Numbered from the stretch's first letter, positions 35,382-44,156 are shown. The stretch: DNA of 64,000 nucleotides from Patescibacteria group bacterium (GCA_041661105.1 JBAZVB010000002.1:299865-363864); one strand, 5' to 3'. Notes: generated by a model from the sequence alone, not told the origin. Program-made: numbers and translations.

Positions 35382-35456
35382 CTAGACGATAGCTGGTAGA
35401 CAGTAGGCGGTAGCCGGATTTTTTGGAAGCTACTGTCTACCGTCTATTGTCTAAGG
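35382..35456. repeat. TAGACGATAGC-word hairpin
   Basis: ctagacgatagctggtagacagtaggcggtagcc ... gctactgtctaccgtctattgtctaagg. Confidence 0.75.
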
Positions 35457-35462
35457 CCTAGG

Positions 35463-35801
35463 TCAGGCTTTAACCAACTGCTTGAAAATCTCCGGGTGCT
35501 TGGCAGCGATTTGGGACAAGACCTTCTTGTCCAAGAGGATCTTGCGTTTCTTGAGGCTGCCCATGACTTTATTGAACGAAGTTCCCAGCTCGTGGGCCGA
35601 GGCGTTGATGCGGATCTGCATCAATCCGCGATTGACGCGCTTCTTAAGCTTGCGGCTGACATAAGCCTGCACGCCTGCTTTGGCCGAAGCGGTTTTGGCG
35701 AGAGTGATCTTTGATTTGCGACCCCACATCATGCCTTTGGTGCGCGCCAATATATTCTTACGGCGTTTGATGCGGTGCATTCCACGTTTGACTCGGGGCA
35801 T
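35463..35801 (-). CDS. rplT: 50S ribosomal protein L20
   Basis: MPRVKRGMHRIKRRKNILARTKG... is a typical L20 N-terminus. Confidence 0.95.
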   Translation of the reverse strand: MPRVKRGMHRIKRRKNILARTKGMMWGRKSKITLAKTASAKAGVQAYVSRKLKKRVNRGLMQIRINASAHELGTSFNKVMGSLKKRKILLDKKVLSQIAAKHPEIFKQLVKA

Positions 35802-35818
35802 ATTTAGAATTATTAATT

Positions 35819-35880
35819 ATCAACATTCAACATACAATAAGCGATTGCCGATAATTGAATGTTGAATGTTATATGTTGAA
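35819..35880. repeat. CAACATTCAACA-word hairpin inside the rpmI-rplT spacer
   Basis: atcaacattcaacata ... aattgaatgttgaatgttatatgttgaa. Confidence 0.7.
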
Positions 35881-35882
35881 AA

Positions 35883-36071
35883 TTAGTTAAAGGGGAGCAG
35901 GGCTTTGACCGTTCTCGTGTATTGTTTGGGGAGTGACTGGTCACGACGCTTCTTGCTGGTGATTTTACCGGAGTCGCGGGCGTTAAAATGATCTTGTCCG
36001 CCATGGCGTTTCATGACCTTGCCGGTTTTGGTGATGCGCACGCGTTTGGCAACGGCTTTGCAGGTTTTCAT
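35883..36071 (-). CDS. rpmI: 50S ribosomal protein L35
   Basis: MKTCKAVAKRVRITKTGKVMKRHGGQDHFNA... in the infC-rpmI-rplT gene order. Confidence 0.9.
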   Translation of the reverse strand: MKTCKAVAKRVRITKTGKVMKRHGGQDHFNARDSGKITSKKRRDQSLPKQYTRTVKALLPFN

Positions 36072-36180
36072 AATAATGGTCTACGAAATTACGAATTTTT
36101 TACGAATATACGAAATTACGAATTAGGATTGTTAGGACATTCTGGCTACTGGCTATCGTCTACCAGCTACCGTCTTTTAT

Positions 36181-36738
36181 TTATGATTTGCGTCCGATGA
36201 TGGCCGAGACGTTGCCGCCCTGGTTCTTGGGAGCTTGTTCAATATACATTTCGTACTTTTTGGAGATGAGGTTGATGAACTCCTGAATTTTGCCGAGTGC
36301 GATGTCGGCGTGAGCCTTTTCGCGACCCCGCAGGATGATTTCTATTTTGAGTTTTTGACCGTCTTCCAGGAACTTGATGGCTTGCTTCTCGCGGTTTTCC
36401 ACATCGTGTTGTCCGATTTTGACCGAGAGCCTAATGCCTTTGACTTCGACTTTTTTAGCGTGGGCTTTTTGTTGTTTGAATTCCTTGTCTTTCTGGTATT
36501 TGAAAGCGCCAAAGTTCAAAAGTTTGCAGACGGGAGGTTGTTCCTTGGGGGAGACTTCTACCAGGTCAAAGCCTTTCTCTTCGGCCATGGCCACGGCTTG
36601 GCTGGTAGGCATGACTCCCAGAAAATTCCCTTCCTCATCTATAACCCTGACTTCAGGGACTTTAATTTGTTGATTGTGCCGATATTGCGCCGCTTCCTCC
36701 CTAGGAATGAAACGCCTTCGGCGATAATGGATACGCAT
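36181..36738 (-). CDS. infC: Translation initiation factor IF-3
   Basis: INQQIKVPEVRVIDEEGNFLGVM and the C-terminal domain. Operon context. Confidence 0.9.
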   Translation of the reverse strand: MRIHYRRRRFIPREEAAQYRHNQQIKVPEVRVIDEEGNFLGVMPTSQAVAMAEEKGFDLVEVSPKEQPPVCKLLNFGAFKYQKDKEFKQQKAHAKKVEVKGIRLSVKIGQHDVENREKQAIKFLEDGQKLKIEIILRGREKAHADIALGKIQEFINLISKKYEMYIEQAPKNQGGNVSAIIGRKS

Positions 36739-36742
36739 ACTT

Positions 36743-36810
36743 AGTAACTAGTAACAAGTAACTAGTAACTAGTGAACGGATTTGACTCGTTACTCGTTAC
36801 TTTTTACTAC
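36743..36810. repeat. GTAAC-word hairpin immediately 3' of ssrA
   Basis: agtaactagtaacaagtaactagtaactagtgaac ... tcgttactcgttactttttactac. Confidence 0.7.
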
Positions 36811-36823
36811 GCCGTAAGGCGGA

Positions 36824-37218
36824 TGGTGGAGATGGGGGGAGTTGCACCCCCGTCCGGCAACGCATGACATGACCTTCTTTCACAAGCTTGGCTTACTCGG
36901 ATACACAGGAACCGCAGCGAGCAAGCGAGGGCCGGTTCCCGGTGGCATTGGCCTTGTCGTTTCAATTGTTATGCCAACAATTGATTCCAAGCCCGGTTAA
37001 TGACAGTCATTCCAGCCCGTCGGGCCGCAAACTGGGTGACCGCAGCAGACGCTTTAAGCGAGTACTGGTTGGAGCGAAGGCATGCGGAACGCTTGCGCGA
37101 TAGCAGCCTTGGCTTTTGATAAGACGTTGGCAATTGTCTTGTTTGACACGGTTTTACGAGTCATGTCGGCTCGGCTTGCAGAACATGGAATGACGCACCG
37201 TCGAAGCTCGGCATCCCC
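36824..37218 (-). ncRNA. ssrA: tmRNA (SsrA)
   Basis: Minus strand reads 5' GGGGAUGCCGAGCUUCGACGG... to ...GGACGGGGGUGCAACUCCCCCCAUCUCCACCA 3', that is a tRNA-like acceptor/T-arm with CCA. Internal reading frame GCC AAC GUC ... GUA CUC GCU UAA. Adjacent to smpB. Confidence 0.9.
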
Positions 37219-37229
37219 TTAAAAACGAA

Positions 37230-37697
37230 TCAAATGTCTTCGCCGCGCATAAACCGTTTAGTTTCGCGGTCCAGATCGCGGTCTTTGATTTTTTGGCGCT
37301 TCTCAAAGGTTTTTTTGCCTCGAGCCAGCCAAAAACCAACCTTAATCCGTTGGCCACGAGTATATAGTGATATGGGTATCAATGTCAAGCCTTTTTGCCC
37401 TAATTTACCCGTTAAATATCGTATTTCTTTAGCGCTTAAGAGCAAATCCCTGGTTCTTTCGGTGTCATGCGGGGACTGGGCAGAGGCCTTTTTATAGCGG
37501 GCAATGACCGCTCCAATCAGCCTGGGACGGCCTCCTTGCAGGATGATGTGGGCGGCGTCGATCTTGGCCCCGCCTTCGCGGGTCGATTTAACTTCCTGGC
37601 CGGTCAATGCCAAACCGCCCTCGAATTCCTCGAGCTTTTCATAGTCATAACCAGCTTTACGGTTGGTGGCCAAAGTCGGCATGGAACTATCGTACAA
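37230..37697 (-). CDS. smpB: SsrA-binding protein
   Basis: LATNRKAGYDYEKLEEFEGGLALTGQEVKS and the basic C-terminal tail. Confidence 0.95.
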   Translation of the reverse strand: MYDSSMPTLATNRKAGYDYEKLEEFEGGLALTGQEVKSTREGGAKIDAAHIILQGGRPRLIGAVIARYKKASAQSPHDTERTRDLLLSAKEIRYLTGKLGQKGLTLIPISLYTRGQRIKVGFWLARGKKTFEKRQKIKDRDLDRETKRFMRGEDI

Positions 37698-37758
37698 CTA
37701 ACAACTGACAACTAACAAGAGTAAAACTGTTAAACTCTTGTCAGTTGTTAGTTGTCAC
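37695..37758. repeat. CAACTAACA-word hairpin between divergent smpB and the permease gene
   Basis: caactaacaactgacaactaacaagagt ... actcttgtcagttgttagttgtcac. Confidence 0.75.
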
Positions 37759-37764
37759 TTTTAA

Positions 37765-38811
37765 ATGGTATCATTAGCTCATATGACCGAAAGAGTAATC
37801 CACATTTCGACAGCCACGATCTTAAAGACGATTGCCATCATTCTGGGACTGGCTCTGCTTTGGCTGGTAAAGGACATAATCATTTTACTTTTCCTTTCCC
37901 TGTTCTTAGCGGCCCTGATTCAGCCGGCGGCGGATTGGGGATCTAAATACAAGATTCCTCGAGGCCTAATGGTCGTGTTTGTTTATCTTGCCACTTTCGG
38001 GGTATTGGTTCTGGTGGTCGCGCTTATGGTTCCGACTTTGATCGAGCAGGCCGTAAGGTTGGCGACAATTTTCGGTGAGAAATGGGTTGTGATACAAGAC
38101 GTGGCCAATGCCGCGACAAAATTTGCCAACGCGCATTCTTTGAGTTCTTCGCTCAAGCCGGACATGGCTTCGATCTGGACGCAGGTTGGCAGCACCGTCA
38201 CCGGCTTATTTAACACCCTGACTGATGTGGTCGGCGGCTTGGTGGCTTTTGTGGTCGTGCTGGTCATGGCTTTTTATCTTGTCGCGCAGGAAAGGAAAGC
38301 CCTGACCATCATTCAAGATTTTGTGCCGGTTAAGCATCAGAAATTCGCGTTGGATTTGGTCGAAGCGGTTCAGTTAAAGATGGGAGCCTGGTTCCGCGGA
38401 CAGATCCTTCTCTGTTTAATCATCGGCGCGTTGTATTACATTGGTTTATTAATTATAGGCATCGACAGCCCGTTGGTTCTGGCATTATTCGGAGGGCTGA
38501 CGGAATTCATTCCTTATCTGGGCCCGATCTTGGGAGGGATTCCGATTGTTTTCGTGGCTTTCATTGCTTCGCCTTTCATGGGCCTTTTGGCTTTAATCGT
38601 GATCATCGTCATTCAACAAGCCGAAGGACATTTTATTGTGCCCAAGGTCATGCAAAAGGCGGTCGGCTTAAATCCTCTGGTCAGTATCCTTGCGTTGTTA
38701 ATAGGTGCGCAACTTTACGGCATCTTGGGAGCTTTGTTGGCTATTCCGGTGGCCACGGCCATCTCTGTTATCTATAAAGAAGCCCGCAATTATTGGTCGA
38801 CTTTGGCATAA
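37765..38811 (+). CDS. AI-2E family transporter (PerM-like permease)
   Basis: About 8 TM segments with the typical AI-2E layout and length. Confidence 0.7.
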   Translation: MVSLAHMTERVIHISTATILKTIAIILGLALLWLVKDIIILLFLSLFLAALIQPAADWGSKYKIPRGLMVVFVYLATFGVLVLVVALMVPTLIEQAVRLATIFGEKWVVIQDVANAATKFANAHSLSSSLKPDMASIWTQVGSTVTGLFNTLTDVVGGLVAFVVVLVMAFYLVAQERKALTIIQDFVPVKHQKFALDLVEAVQLKMGAWFRGQILLCLIIGALYYIGLLIIGIDSPLVLALFGGLTEFIPYLGPILGGIPIVFVAFIASPFMGLLALIVIIVIQQAEGHFIVPKVMQKAVGLNPLVSILALLIGAQLYGILGALLAIPVATAISVIYKEARNYWSTLA

Positions 38812-38815
38812 CGCT

Positions 38816-39469
38816 ATGCCTCCCGTAAAACCAAAATTGGGATTAAACGCGTTAAGTTGTGTCGCGTTGATTTTCGCGGCGGTCGTTTTGTCCATCATCG
38901 GGTTGGCGTTTGCGGTAGCCAAGTCAGGCTTTTTGGACGTTCCTATTTTCGATCGTTTTTATCACGGTCCAACGCCGACCAGGTTGATTCAGGCTAGTCC
39001 GTTGAGTTGGGATGCTTTTAGCGCGGAGTTGGCCAGCAAGATTTATGAACAGCGGGAATATAAAAAACCAAGTTACACGGTTCAAGTCAGCGAGCAGGAA
39101 TTGAGCGGTCTGATCCAGAGCGTGGCCAAACAAAATTTAAGGAATGGAAATTGGAAAGTCGAACTCGTCCAGTTGGCGGTCAATCCGGATTACATGGAGC
39201 TGTATATCAAGTTGGCCTGGCGCGAGACCGGGAATTTGGATATGCTTTTCAGGTTCAAGCCTCTTTTGGACGAGCGCGGCAACATCCGGTTTGATCTCCT
39301 TGAGACCAGAGTGGGGGATTACAGGTTGCCGACTTCCTGGGGCATGGCTTTGGCGAGTAATCTTTTTGCCCGGGATTTAGGCGCTTGGGAATTAAAAATC
39401 GGCGGGCAAAACGCCATTCAGTCTGTGTCCTTGCTAGAGAAAGGTTTGAATATCATACTGTCTAAATAG
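38816..39469 (+). CDS. Membrane-anchored hypothetical protein
   Basis: Start at MPPVKPKLGLNALSCVALIFAAVVLSIIGLAF. The ORF-track 5' extension overlaps the permease. Confidence 0.5.
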   Translation: MPPVKPKLGLNALSCVALIFAAVVLSIIGLAFAVAKSGFLDVPIFDRFYHGPTPTRLIQASPLSWDAFSAELASKIYEQREYKKPSYTVQVSEQELSGLIQSVAKQNLRNGNWKVELVQLAVNPDYMELYIKLAWRETGNLDMLFRFKPLLDERGNIRFDLLETRVGDYRLPTSWGMALASNLFARDLGAWELKIGGQNAIQSVSLLEKGLNIILSK

Positions 39470-39476
39470 CTATCGC

Positions 39477-40238
39477 ATGTATTTCATTTATCGTTTGTTT
39501 CCGGCTCTAGCCGCTCTCGCGATCGGTTTGTGTTTTTATTCGCAACTCGGCCAGCCGCAGGTTTATCCTTGGATCGCACTAGGCGGTGTGCTTTTGGCCG
39601 TGGCCGCCATTTTTGTCATGGCACACAAGCGGGTCAAACTGGTTGATCTGGTAGAAAAGATGCTCCCCACCATGATACTTCTTCTATCATTGGTTTTTGG
39701 CATGCTCTTGGCCGAAGGCGTTTGGGCACGTTGGGCCATTGTTGGTTTTGGGGTGGTGGCCACCTTTTTATCTTTAGAGCTTTTGTTTTTACTTTCCTTT
39801 ACGCCCTCGCGTTACCCCATGAGCGGATTGTCGCACGTGAATATCGCCTATGTGCCTTTTATCATCTGGTACATGGTCGCTAATTTGATGGGCTTAATGA
39901 CGTTTTTGCATAGCCCGGGTTGGATTCATGTTCTGGTTATGACATTGATCTCGGTAGTTCTTTTTAGAACCACCGGCCACCCCGGCGCCACGCACGAACA
40001 GAACAGGGTATGGACTTTAGTCGGCGGACTGGTAGGATTGCACATCGGTCTGCTCGGTATCATGCTCCCGATGTCCATGGCGGCTCAGGCGACTCTGGGC
40101 ATGATCATTATCTGCGCCATCCTGCGGTTAAGACGATATCTATATCACCCTTTGCCCGGTCGGAAACAAGCCTGGATCGAAGGGGTTACGGCAGTTTTGA
40201 TTTTGGGGGTGGCCATTGGTACGGCCCGTTGGCTCTAA
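39477..40238 (+). CDS. Multi-pass membrane protein, unknown function
   Basis: Seven to eight hydrophobic segments. Confidence 0.5.
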   Translation: MYFIYRLFPALAALAIGLCFYSQLGQPQVYPWIALGGVLLAVAAIFVMAHKRVKLVDLVEKMLPTMILLLSLVFGMLLAEGVWARWAIVGFGVVATFLSLELLFLLSFTPSRYPMSGLSHVNIAYVPFIIWYMVANLMGLMTFLHSPGWIHVLVMTLISVVLFRTTGHPGATHEQNRVWTLVGGLVGLHIGLLGIMLPMSMAAQATLGMIIICAILRLRRYLYHPLPGRKQAWIEGVTAVLILGVAIGTARWL

Positions 40239-40249
40239 TTTAAAATATT

Positions 40250-41431
40250 ATGTCAAAATTTACGCAACTCATTAAACATCCATCGGTTTGGATTACGGTC
40301 GTTATCGTTGGGACGGTTGTTTTGAGCGCCTTATCCGGCGGTTTAGCCGGCGCCTGGATGGCGGCCCGGATCGTGCCCAGCTCCAACCCTGGTAATTTTA
40401 GAGTGCTTTCAGCTACCTCGACCGCCAATGGAACTGCGACGCAGACGGCGGTCTCCAGCACATCCATCAAATTAGTCTCAGTTCAAATGCAGGATTCTTC
40501 GGAAAGAGTTGTTCCGGAACCCATCTTTAATCGCCGGAGCCCGGTTGGTTTGATCTACGCTCGCAAAAAAGCGTTTGGCGATAGTTTGTTAGTCAACCAA
40601 GATTTGCAAGGCCGCGTCGTGGCCATGACTTCTGACGGATGGTTTGTGACGCCTCCTCAGGTTATCGCAGGCTGGCGGGTGGCAGAGATGTTGGTTTGGT
40701 ATGATGGCCACGCTTACAAAATTGAAAAAGCTATTTTGGATAAATCCACTCAAGCCGTCTTTCTGAAAACATCAGCCAGAGATTTACCGGCCATTCCTTT
40801 TGCCGATCTTTGGTCAACCCGGACCGGTCTCGCGGCTTGGATTGAATCTGCGCCGAGTGAACTGGCACCGTCATCCGTCGAAGCATTGCGGGCAGTCATA
40901 GAAAACGATCCTGTCTCAAGCGATCACGCGTATCGCCGTCTGGTAGCCCAGGGCACTTTGCGCAAAGAGGAGCAAGGCTCGCCTGTCTGGGATGCCAAAG
41001 GAGCTTTAATCGGCATCGCGGAATCATCGGCCGATGGCCGGTTGTCTTTAATCCCGGGGAGCAGCCTTTCCGCTTCTTTGCAGAGTTTGGTTGGTAGCGG
41101 ACAGATCAGCCACGCCTTGTTGGGTGTGTATAGTTTAGATCGCGGATTGATTCGTCTCGCCACGACTGTAACAGATATGCCAAACCGCGGCGCTTGGATT
41201 ACGGGCCGCGCGATTCTTAAAGATAGTGTGGCCGAAAAAGCCGGTTTAAAAATCAATGATGTGATTCTTCAAGTGGATCGTGATATAATGGATGGGAGTT
41301 CTGATTTGAGTGATATAATTTTGCAATATCGTCCCGGGTCCAATGTTACTCTGCGCCTCTGGCGGGCCGGGAAAGAGATAGAGGTGTCAGTCACTCTGGG
41401 CACGCAAATCACGAGCGAAGCAATTTTGTAA
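40250..41431 (+). CDS. HtrA-like trypsin-fold plus PDZ protein, possibly non-catalytic
   Basis: YDGHAYKIEKAILDKSTQAVFLK and GSPVWDAKGALIGI align with the HtrA Asp and Ser regions. TPPQV sits where TNxHV would be. The C-terminal PDZ includes AEKAGLKINDVILQVD. Confidence 0.45.
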   Translation: MSKFTQLIKHPSVWITVVIVGTVVLSALSGGLAGAWMAARIVPSSNPGNFRVLSATSTANGTATQTAVSSTSIKLVSVQMQDSSERVVPEPIFNRRSPVGLIYARKKAFGDSLLVNQDLQGRVVAMTSDGWFVTPPQVIAGWRVAEMLVWYDGHAYKIEKAILDKSTQAVFLKTSARDLPAIPFADLWSTRTGLAAWIESAPSELAPSSVEALRAVIENDPVSSDHAYRRLVAQGTLRKEEQGSPVWDAKGALIGIAESSADGRLSLIPGSSLSASLQSLVGSGQISHALLGVYSLDRGLIRLATTVTDMPNRGAWITGRAILKDSVAEKAGLKINDVILQVDRDIMDGSSDLSDIILQYRPGSNVTLRLWRAGKEIEVSVTLGTQITSEAIL

Positions 41432-41436
41432 ACACA

Positions 41437-42045
41437 ATGCCATCCGTCAATATCCTGCACCTTTACGTTCGAGCTTGGAAGCCGCTTGTTTTGATTACTC
41501 TGGCCGGTTTGGTTTTGGCTTTATTGGGTTCGGCTTTGATGCCTCTCAAATTTTCTTCCACCGTGCGTTTGTTAATCACGCAGACCAATGCCACGGGAGT
41601 CGACCCTTACACGGCCATCAAATCTACCGAAAGGATTGGACAGAATTTGGCTGAGATTGTTTATACGAGCAGTTTTTTTAACGCGGTGACTCAGCAACAG
41701 GGCGTTGACCTTACGTATTTTTCAACTGACGAAATAGACAAACGCCAGGAATGGAAGAACACCATGTCCATCAACGTGGTCGCCGGCACGGGGATTATGG
41801 AAGTCACGGCCTACCATAAGGATCGCAATCAGGCCACGATTTTGGCGGTTGATGTGGCCAAGGAGCTAGCGCAACAAGCTCCCAACTATTTTGGATATTC
41901 CGTTCGTTTGCAGATTATTGATGATCCGTTGCCGTCTCGTTTTTTTGCCAAACCTGACTTTGTTCAAAACGGCGGTCTGGGAGCCTTATTCGGATTTTTG
42001 GTCGGTTCGCTTTGGGTTTTAGCCAGAATGAAGGAGATAAGATAA
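41437..42045 (+). CDS. Wzz/polysaccharide co-polymerase-like protein (N- and C-terminal TM segments)
   Basis: TM - periplasmic helical domain - TM topology. LVLITLAGLVLALLGSAL ... GALFGFLVGSLWVLA. Confidence 0.4.
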   Translation: MPSVNILHLYVRAWKPLVLITLAGLVLALLGSALMPLKFSSTVRLLITQTNATGVDPYTAIKSTERIGQNLAEIVYTSSFFNAVTQQQGVDLTYFSTDEIDKRQEWKNTMSINVVAGTGIMEVTAYHKDRNQATILAVDVAKELAQQAPNYFGYSVRLQIIDDPLPSRFFAKPDFVQNGGLGALFGFLVGSLWVLARMKEIR

Positions 42046-42186
42046 CCCCCTCATCCCAACCCTTCCCACCGAACTCGGGGGAAGGGCTTTATGGCTCAAC
42101 AGAGCCTCTTTTTGTTTATATCAGGCAAACAGGGTTTACGTCATCCGAATATCGATAGTAAGGTTAGCCGCAGATGCCCGATACCC

Positions 42187-42245
42187 TTGACAAATATGCT
42201 GATTTGTGCTATATTATCGTATTCTTTAAACACCAAAGTTGTGTG
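42187..42245 (+). promoter_or_regulatory. Promoter plus conserved 5' leader module, copy A
   Basis: TTGACA (42187-92), 17 nt, extended -10 TGc TATATT (42210-15), then ttctttaaacaccaaagttgtg. About 75 % identical by hand alignment to 63174..63232, with the same spacing. Confidence 0.65.
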
Positions 42246-42484
42246 ACCCTGAAGCCGTTTTGTGCCAATTGGGAAGTCTTCCTCCTCTTCTCAGGAGGCA
42301 CAGGACGGCTCTAGGGTCTCACCAACGCAGCTCACCCCAGGTTTACTTCATTGTGACTTGGGTTGCTGGGCCGCGTGGTGTGTGCCCAGTACTTTGACTT
42401 TTACGAGGGAACTAACCTGACCCGCAGACAGCGGGCAGAACATTGGATTCTGCCCCACGAACGGGCAGGAAGGAGCTCGAGAAG

Positions 42485-43828
42485 ATGAACTGGATGAAGA
42501 GTGCATTCTGGGCGGTGGCGATTTTCGTCGTCACCATGGTCTTCAACCTCAACCCGGCTCACGCCGATGGGTGGGCCCGCAAGTCGCTCGGCGACAAATC
42601 GTCCGTGATCCCGCCGACTGAGTGTCCCAATGTGAAGCTTCCTGACATGGCTCGCGACTTGTGCAAGGACGCGGCTACCAAGGCTGCTTGCCCTACCGAG
42701 TGCGCACAAGTCGCTTGCATCCAGAACTGTCTGCAGCCTCCTGCGACGCCTGCGGCCACTCCGACCCCGCCTCCCGTCAAGAAGCCGTTGACCACTCTGC
42801 CTTCTCAGCTCATCTGCGAAGGCGGAACGCAGATCACCGACGCCAAGGGAATGCCCGACTGCGGATGTTCCCCGGATAAGGTGAATCTGGAGAACGGCAC
42901 GCCCAAGGAACAGCCGAGGGTCTCCGTTCTGAAGGCCACCCGGTACGTGACCACGGCCACCACGATTCAGTTCATTCGCCACATGGTGTGCGCGAGCGAT
43001 GGCGAGGTCACCAAGATCCTCAACGACAGGTTGAACCTCCACACCAAGAAGATCGATGCTCTCGAGAAGTTCGCTCGGGAGCAGAACATCTTCGACCAGG
43101 CGGTGCTGGACCAGTTCGAAGCACTGCGGAGGCATGCCGAACAGACTCGCAGTCTCCTCCTTGTCATGGCCAAGACGGTCGAAGAACTCAACAAGAAGAT
43201 CAGCGAGTTCGACGGTGCCCTGGAGACCATGAACGCGACGTACAAGAAGTTGCGTTCTGACGTCGAGAACATCAAGAGGTTCGTGCCCCGCTTTGACCTG
43301 GCGTACTCGATCGGAGTCATGTTCCGCGGATCGGACGCCGGCGCCGGTATGACGCACCACCTGGTGGTCGGATACACTCAGACGTTCGACAATTCGCCGA
43401 TCAATGTCTGGGCTCAGGCCCGCGCCGGTTACCTGACCTGCAACGGTTGCGACCCGCGGACGGCTGGCAGTACTACGATGTACACGGGCGGCGGAGCTGC
43501 TGGCCTTGGCATCGGCCTCGGTGACAACCGAGCTTTCAGCATTCGCGCCGGCTTGTTCGCACAGCTCGTCGCCGCGCCGGATTCTCTCAAGGAGAACGGC
43601 ATGGGTCGCCAGATCGGTGGGGAACTCCAGGTTCGCTACGACATCCCCAACTTTCCGGTCTTCATCGCAGGCGTCGGAGATTTGGCCTTGTACAACAAGT
43701 CCAACTACTTCGGCAAAGCCGGCGAGCCTCCGAACAACATCCACGCGGGGGCTGATCGAAGCATGGGCGGGGCGCTCATGTTCATGATTGGCCTTTCCCC
43801 GGAGCTCCCGTTCATCGGAAGCTTCTAA
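42485..43828 (+). CDS. GC-rich secreted protein A: signal peptide, Cys-rich region, Pro-rich linker, coiled coil, Gly/aromatic beta-rich C-terminal domain ending ..FIGSF
   Basis: AAGGAG RBS 8 nt before the ATG. MNWMKSAFWAVAIFVVTMVFNLNPAHA signal. CPTECAQVACIQNC. PPATPAATPTPPPVKKP. Heptad region LNDRLNLHTKKIDALEKF... Alternating-hydrophobic strands in the last ~170 aa. Confidence 0.65.
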   Translation: MNWMKSAFWAVAIFVVTMVFNLNPAHADGWARKSLGDKSSVIPPTECPNVKLPDMARDLCKDAATKAACPTECAQVACIQNCLQPPATPAATPTPPPVKKPLTTLPSQLICEGGTQITDAKGMPDCGCSPDKVNLENGTPKEQPRVSVLKATRYVTTATTIQFIRHMVCASDGEVTKILNDRLNLHTKKIDALEKFAREQNIFDQAVLDQFEALRRHAEQTRSLLLVMAKTVEELNKKISEFDGALETMNATYKKLRSDVENIKRFVPRFDLAYSIGVMFRGSDAGAGMTHHLVVGYTQTFDNSPINVWAQARAGYLTCNGCDPRTAGSTTMYTGGGAAGLGIGLGDNRAFSIRAGLFAQLVAAPDSLKENGMGRQIGGELQVRYDIPNFPVFIAGVGDLALYNKSNYFGKAGEPPNNIHAGADRSMGGALMFMIGLSPELPFIGSF

Positions 43829-43954
43829 TCCCTCGGCTTGAGGCGGTATGAGTACTCTCATATCGCCTCCCCGACACGAGTTACCAACTGTCAGTTGATA
43901 CCTCATGTCGCTGCACGATTCATTCGCGCAGATGCTCTAAGACAACTAAAAATT

Positions 43955-44061
43955 TCCCCTCCTAATTTTAGGATGTTGTGACGGATAAAAAGGATTCAGC
44001 TACTATCGATTGTTTAAGATCCAATGTTTTAATTTTCACGGCGCCTAAAATTAGGAGGGGA
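43955..44061. repeat. 18-bp perfect inverted repeat around a 71-nt AT-rich spacer
   Basis: tcccctcctaattttagg (43955-72) and cctaaaattaggagggga (44044-61). The right arm contains AGGAGG. Confidence 0.8.
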
Positions 44062-44156
44062 GTAAATCTGTTGGCAATTTGGCCGGCAGATCAAGTGTGT
44101 CATGTTCGCGGTTGTGCTTTTGCGCACCGCGCGAGACTACGTCAAGGAGAAGGACC

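Noticed and set aside
36888-37357. ORFs 36888..37103 (+) and 37154..37357 (-).
   Set aside because: The first lies within the tmRNA gene. The second overlaps the 5' end of ssrA and the 3' end of smpB.
42401-43906. 501-aa minus-strand ORF antisense to protein A. The same applies to 44244..45512 (-) and 45821..46909 (-).
   Set aside because: Long antisense ORFs are expected in 60 %+ GC DNA. The plus-strand genes have RBS motifs, signal peptides, a lipobox and downstream terminators. The antisense ORFs have none of these and are Arg/Ala/Gly-biased.
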